Source: Octopus bimaculoides (taxonomy: Eukaryota). From it: a DNA stretch of 54,775 bases. Position numbers and translations under genes: made by a program. Under the pieces are notes generated by a model. It did not search any database, was not told the origin of the DNA, and saw only the letters and a list, made by a program, of their open reading frames with translations. Of this stretch, positions 48,535 through 54,775 are shown piece after piece; positions within the stretch are counted from its first letter, which is position 1, and every line of letters begins with the position of its first letter. The stretch lies in assembly GCF_001194135.2 (NCBI RefSeq), contig NC_068984.1:66962870-67017644 (forward strand), given 5' to 3'.

Positions 48535-49365
48535 CAACAGTCTCCCTCTGTCTTTCTCATTCTTTGCTTTACCCTCTTTTTTTTTTTTTTGTTGTGCATG
48601 GTGCAATTTGATTGAACTCTCTATATGTGGCTTCTTTTGCCACCTTTCAATCCTGCTCTGATAAAGCAGACTATTCAGCATTCATTACATGTCAGCAGAA
48701 TCTGGTCATCCACATTCCCTAGAAATGTCTCATCCACAGCCTATCAAACATTCTCTCTTTAACATTTCATGATTTCTTGAAGCTATTTCAAAGTTCTCAC
48801 TTTTGTAGTATATTAGTTTCAAAGTTTGGCACAAAGCCAGTAATTTTGGGGAAGAGACTAAGTGGATTACATTGACTCCAGTGTTTCACTGGTACTTAAT
48901 TTATCAACTTTGAAAGGATGAAAAGCAAAGTCAACCTCAGCAGAATTTGAACTCAGATGTCAACCTGTGGAATTGGAACTCAGAACATGTAGACAGATGA
49001 AATGTCACTAAGCATTTTGCCCTGTGTACTAATAATTCTGCCAGCTCTGTGCCCTACTTCCATCATATATTGCTTTCTTACATCTTGCCTGATCAGCTGC
49101 AGTTTCTTTGTAACCCTTTTCTTTAGCTTTCTTCAAGGATGTTTTTATGCAATCCTTCAAATGTAATCCTTGGAATGCAGCTCAGGTTCACAAGATGGAT
49201 GCTCTATATTCAACACCTTGCCATACAGGAGTTGCTTTGGAGTCCTGCAGTTCTCCATTCTCACTAAGTGACCCTCATCATCTGAGTTGATGTTACAAAA
49301 TCACTGAGTCAATACCTTGAGAGTGATTGCTTTCAAGAACCTCAACATCATTCATGTACAGCAGG
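48535..49365 (-). pseudogene. 3' end of an RTE (BovB-like) LINE, interrupted by a SINE B copy at 48817-49054
   Basis: HQLR..GHLVRMENCRTPKQLLYG...KDCIKTSLKK on one side of the SINE, and LTCNEC.IVCFIRAGL...KRSH (C2H2-like end) on the other. Confidence 0.75.
48817..49054 (-). mobile_element. SINE B with a tandemly duplicated B-box region
   Basis: gtcaacctcagcagaatttgaactcagat is followed directly by gtcaacctgtggaattggaactcagaac. Confidence 0.82.
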
Positions 49366-49390
49366 GAGGACAATACACATTACATACATA

Positions 49391-49783
49391 TTCTTTTAAT
49401 TGTTTCAGTCATTTGACTGCAGCCATGTTGGAGCACTGCCTTTAGTTAAACAAATCAACCTCAGGACTTATTCTTTGTAAACCTAGTCCTTACTCTATCA
49501 GTTTCTTTTGCCGAACCACTAAGCTATGGGGATGTAAACACACTAACATCAGTTGTCAAGTGATGGTGGGGTGACAAACAGACACACAAATACATATATA
49601 CATATATATATATGTATATATGACAGGCTTCTTTCAGTTTCCGTCTGCCAAATCCACTCACAAGGCTTTTGTCAGCCCAAGGCTATAGTAGAAGACACCT
49701 GGCAAGGTGTCACTCAGTGGGACTGAACCTAGAACCATGTGGTTGGGAAGCAAGCTTCTAACAACACAGCCATTCTTGTCCCT
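49391..49783 (-). mobile_element. SINE A
   Basis: Collinear with 6071-6515; internal (TA/CA) tract. Confidence 0.88.
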
Positions 49784-49808
49784 TTACCACTCCTACATAT
49801 ATATTCAT

Positions 49809-49845
<37 letters not shown>

Positions 49846-52440
49846 CACATACATGCATACCTATATATATATACATATACACTCACACATATATATATAC
49901 ATATACACATGCATATATATATACATACGTACATGTATATATATGTAATTTTATGTTCCAAAGCATAAAAATCAATTGAAGTTCTTAATACACAGAAGCA
50001 TGCATAGTCTTTGGTGTAATCCATATTTTATATTTAGCAACAATACCATTAAATTCATACCCTACTTTCAGGATTTGTATTGATTGAATGTTGCTGAATC
50101 CCCTAAGATTAACATCTGCCTAAATACTAAAGGATAGGGGTGGGGATGAAAAAGAAGTCATCATATGGATTCAATGATATAATCAATAAATATGCAAATA
50201 GTTACACACACAAAATGTAAACATCTTCATGCGTACATATACATATATACGTTATACACTGGCATATACATCATTTTAATTTTCAAATTCAAGTTTTATC
50301 TAAACAAAGTTGAACTGCCATTTACAAGATGCTATGAATCTCACTGAAACCTTTAATTACATGCTTTAATCAATAAATTATATTAACTGCCACTACAACC
50401 TCAGGTTAGTCACGTGAAGTAGACCAATTAAAATCTGCTTCAGGCTAAGTGTAAATTATGGATTCTTTTTTCTGACTTGTGGGTATTTTTTAATATATCT
50501 TTTTGTAATATTTTAACAAATTCTATTTTATTTCTTTTACATTATTTTGTTTTGTTTTTATTTATTTATCTATTTTATTATTATTATTTTCGCTTTATTT
50601 GTCTAACATTAATCTCCTGTTATTCAGCAAAGGCAATATAAACAATTTAAGCTGTTTAACTTGATACCAACGGAGAAATTTATAATCATGTTTCAGCAGT
50701 TTTTAACGAGTCTTTGACAAAATATCAGGTACACACACACACGTTTGTATTTATAGGCTACACCATGCTTACATGTGTATGTATGTATGTATATCTATGT
50801 GTATGTACATATATCTAAGTGTCCACATAACTGAATGTGTGCATGTATGTACATGCATATGTGCAATCACAACTGAAGAACTGAAGAAAGAAGTCATCTA
50901 AATGTCTTTACACAATGTCTCACGCTCTTGAAAATAATTTCATTCAAGAACATAGCATTCAATTTTGTTTTAGTTCCTTTTAATTTTTTTTCGTTCTTTT
51001 TTTCATTTTGGTTTTCTTTTTATTTCTTCAAGTGATTGCTGGTTCCTTACATTCAAAACAAAAAGCACACATATGCACTCAGAAATAAAACGCTCAGATT
51101 AATACTGGGTTTACAGGTTATTGGGAGTTGGCAGCTGGGATAGAAATAAAATTGCATGATATGGATGCATTTCTATGGTGTGATTGGCTGCATTAGATTG
51201 GCAGAAGTGTTAGACTGTCAGACAAATGTTTTGTGTCATTTGTTTCAGGTCTTTGCAGTCTGAGTTCAAACCACATTGCAGTCAACTTTGCTTTCCATCC
51301 TTCAATAAAATATAGTAGTAGTAGTAACTTCAATTCTTCTGTCTTTCTTTTCTCTCCATCTCTATTTTTCCCACCCTCTCTTTCTCTCTCAAAAATTGCT
51401 AATCTCCTCCCTAACTGGCACTCAATTGGTTATGACAATGACTGTTCCAGTTGATATGATCTGTCGAAGGTTTCACTTTTATTGTTTGAGTTTTGAGAGA
51501 TAATATGGAACCAGTGCTAATGATGCATTGCTTTAATCCCAAAAAATTACATGTTGACACTCGCAAGGTCTCATAGTTTTACCACGTAAAATTTGAACTG
51601 ATTTGGTTGAGCCATTTGAGAATTCATTGAGAACAGACAGAAAGACAAAGGAATTAATTTTCAATTTTTTAAGTGGTTCAGTAAAGTATCTTGAAGTTAA
51701 TACACCAGTATATTATGTTAGGTTAACCAACTGAAATTTCAGGTTTATCATTCATGTCATAATGAAATTTTAATTCAACTACAAGTAATTTATTATGTGT
51801 TGTCTCAGGTGAGTGGCTTTTAAACGTTTAACATATAAGTTAATATTTTATTTTACAGTATATAATATAATCATGAAATCTATCAATTTCTTACAGAGAC
51901 CTGAAATTGGGATGGGCTGGAGGAAATGAGTCTCAAATAAAAAATTAACAGTTACTGATGTCTGTTTGCAGACTATTTTCCTCATTTTGGACCTTTATTG
52001 AGGATGCTGACGTGATATTTTGATTAGCTGCTTCTAAAGATTGTTCAGATAATTAAGAGTATATACATGTGCACACACACAGACACACACACACAGACAC
52101 ACACACACAGACACACACACACAGACACACACACACTCATGTACGTACATATGGATGCAAGTATACATTATGCATGTGCGTATATGAACTTTTCTGGTAA
52201 TAAAGACTCAGATACCACCAGTTTGGTCTAGACACATAAACATTACTACTAGCAAGACACAGACAACTCTGTCTTAATGTCAAGATCTTGACTTAACTAG
52301 CATGACTTAAATTACTCTAGCACGATATAAATGCCTGTTACATCTCACTGGTAAGAATCAGGTTGCTCTAGTTGATTATTCTGTTCTTAGTTAAATGTTC
52401 TCCATCAGAACGAAGGTCATCTATAGTAGCAGAAGTTTAA

Positions 52441-52663
52441 ACCTTCTGTTACCATATTTCTACTGACATATACTACTTTTGTTTGAATTAATTTTGTAAA
52501 TAATGAAGAGATTAGTAAAATATTTTTGTCATTCTTAAGCTTGTGTTTCAAACATAACTCAACATGAAGTTTTAATGGAAGGTTTTAATTTACATCACCT
52601 TAAGACAAGATGTTTGTATCACAGGACTAAGGTTTAGTTTCAGGTGGGCTGATATCAAAAAGG
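52441..52663 (-). mobile_element. piggyBac-like MITE (family 2), diverged
   Basis: TTAA at 52437-52440 and 52664-52667; ends accttctgttacc / gatatcaaaaagg; interior similar to 22653-22877. Confidence 0.65.
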
Positions 52664-52892
52664 TTAATAATGGAAGCTGATGAAATTGGGACAAGTTCAA
52701 TTTGTATTGTTGGAGTGAGAGAACAGATTGATTGATTGATTCTACTTCCGAAATTATTTCTTCTTATTTCATTAATCCTCGATGGTTGAAATCCGGGCAG
52801 GATTAAAATCTAACAGAAGAAGGAATGAAATTAAACACTATAAGACAATTTAGTCTTGCAGTGTAGCATTTCTGTCAATTCACCAACTCATT

Positions 52893-52940
<48 letters not shown>

Positions 52941-53679
52941 GAAGCTCATATTAAATGTTATAACTTCAGTTTGGGAAGAAGGAAGCAATCTATGTTGTTA
53001 ATTGCAATTGAACAACTGCACAAAAATAATTAAACAAAATGCATTAAAAAGAAATAAAATGATTCAATCATTCATTCAATTTAAATTTGTTTTAAAATTT
53101 TCAGTTTTTGTAAAAATAAAATGAATGAAAGGAAAAAAACAAACAATAATATGTGTTAGGCTCCTGAAGCTAACAAATGTGTAGATTATTCGAATTCAGT
53201 GAATTAAGTATTATAACTAAAAGACCAGAACTGTATTTTCCCCATTTCTATTTTATTATTTAAAAAAAATATTTTTCTTTTATATTATGTTATATATGTA
53301 TGATACAAATAACAAACACAGCAGCTTCAATAATTGCCAAGTGATGCCATCCATGAAATGCCTCTCATAGTGTCTTCAGGATTACTGTCTTTGATCCTTT
53401 GCTAGAACATTAGCCTTAACCAAACGTATCCTCTCTTTTTTCCTGACAAAAAGCTTCCCAAAGTCCCATGGTAATTATTTGGTTACCACAAAGTGATCTT
53501 TCTTGTGTGTCTGTTCTTTGATCAATATACTTTGATAATATTTTAACAGGATCCAAACACTGTCCTTTTATTACTGCAAGCATTCTTCTGTACAATTTCG
53601 CTTGCTATTCACATGCAGGTGAGCCCAATAACCTTGGTTAAAAATGTTGTGCTACTGCCAATGAATTTCTCATATATTA

Positions 53680-53880
53680 TCATCATCATTATCATCATCA
53701 TCATTGTTGCTGTCATCACCATTGTGACCGCCACCACCACCACCAACACCACCACCATTGTTTTAATGTCCTCTTTTCCATGCTTGCACAGGTCACATGG
53801 AATTTGTTGAGGCAGATTTTCTACAGCTGGATGTTCTTGTTCCCAGCCCTTACCTGTTTCCATGCAAGATAATATATCCC
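53680..53880 (-). mobile_element. RTE-type SINE tail fragment
   Basis: (CAT)n, then tttaatgtcctcttttccatgcttgca...gaatttgttgaggcagattttctacagctggatg; matches 46880-47000 in reverse. Confidence 0.7.
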
Positions 53881-54501
53881 CTCAGGTATTAGCATGTGCT
53901 ATTTATTTCTCTTGTTTAGTACCAGGTTAGCTTTAGTCAAGCAGACCAATGATCTAAAGCATTTTAGCAATGAACATCTAAGCTTTCCTTTCAGACATGG
54001 TGTGTCTAGAACGCTATGACTGAAGTTACCATTCCTTTTCTTTTTTTCTTTTTATAATGGCAAAGTACGATTTGAGGGACATTTTACAGCTATTTCTTGC
54101 AAGTTGAGCTACAACATTAAGGCACTCTAGTTAGCTCATATGATACACACTCTCAGCTAGGTAATCTAGTTGTTTTGATGGTTAGTTGTCTTAGCTTTTG
54201 ACTACTGGCTCGATGTAGTGTTCCTCATGTGATATGAACTCCTGACCAGTTTTTCACCACTATCCACATATCAGTAGTCATTTGCAGCACTTTCTGTTCA
54301 GTGTACTTACTTTTGCTCCCATTCCTGGACCCCATCCCTGTCTCTGAAAAATCTGTTTCATGTTTTGAACTTGCAATAATTCTTCTTCTTCATTTCAATA
54401 TAAGAACAGAAAAGAAGTATGTTGTATGTGTGTGTGTATGTGCCATTTCTTATAAACTGAAAGGAAATCACGTGTTTAGGCCAAATCAGACTAAAGTCAG
54501 T

Positions 54502-54531
54502 CCAGACCAGACCAGACCAGACCAGACCAGA
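54502..54531. repeat. (CCAGA)6 pentanucleotide microsatellite
   Basis: Directly visible. Confidence 0.95.
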
Positions 54532-54642
54532 CTAGAATATACTTTCTTAAAATGAAATAAACGTCGTCCTTCAAACTTGCTGAGATAAAATATAAGCATG
54601 ATTGTTCAAGCTAGCATACAATTCTCCAAATAATACAAAGGA

Positions 54643-54729
54643 GAAGAAGAAGAAGAAGAAGAAGAAGAAGAAGAAGAAGAAGAAGAAGAAGAAGAAGAAG
54701 AAGAAGAAGAAGAAGAAGAAGAAGAAGAA
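54643..54729. repeat. (GAA)29 microsatellite
   Basis: Directly visible. Confidence 0.95.
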
Positions 54730-54775
54730 ATAAAATAATAATAATAATAAAAATAATAAAATAAGGAAGACAATA

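Larger units (their letters stand above)
1..54775. repeat. Window-wide dense microsatellites: (TA)n, (CA)n, (GA)n, (CAT)n, (TTA)n, (GTT)n, (GATA)n, (TTATA)n, (CTA)n
   Basis: Examples: (GA)n 633-718, (CAT/TTA)n 1184-1302, (GTT)n 11150-11268, (TA)n 15830-15906, 25437-25509 and 41690-41752, (TG)n 23770-23840, complex (TATG/TACA) 34120-34350. Most N gaps abut these tracts. Confidence 0.97.

Noticed and set aside
50650-50720. Peptide NGEIYNH reminiscent of glutamine amidotransferases
   Set aside because: There is an in-frame stop just upstream with no acceptor AG between, and no further similarity.
53340-53600. Possible very old RTE fragment (IRLVKANV, MDGIT on the minus strand)
   Set aside because: The matches are too short and out of the expected spacing to support by eye.

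Overview
This is AT-rich eukaryotic DNA that is dense in microsatellites and contains 12 assembly gaps, nearly all abutting simple repeats. The repeat families look like those of a coleoid cephalopod, probably Octopus (inference from recall, not verified). I found no recognisable intact host gene, rRNA, true tRNA or CRISPR array; almost every ORF in the supplied track is a microsatellite, N-gap or TE artefact. The window is a layered transposon graveyard. DNA transposons: two DD37D (maT) elements, a long-inverted-repeat mariner, piggyBac-like and hAT-like MITEs, and a Helitron Rep remnant split by two SINEs. Retroelements: decayed CR1, Tx1/L1, RTE and Penelope-like (Neptune-type RT + GIY-YIG) elements. 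There are at least four tRNA-derived SINE families; my labels A, B, D and V are arbitrary. The most interesting signals are: (1) several minimal hammerhead-ribozyme-like motifs with a palindromic helix III at Penelope-like 3' ends; (2) a CR1 copy with twin-priming-type 5' inversion geometry; (3) SINE B copies apparently inserting into the heads of other SINE B copies with ~17-bp duplications; (4) a repeated GATAG-N13-GAATC spaced motif in an unclassified tandem module. All translations and alignments were done by eye, and decayed-element boundaries are approximate.
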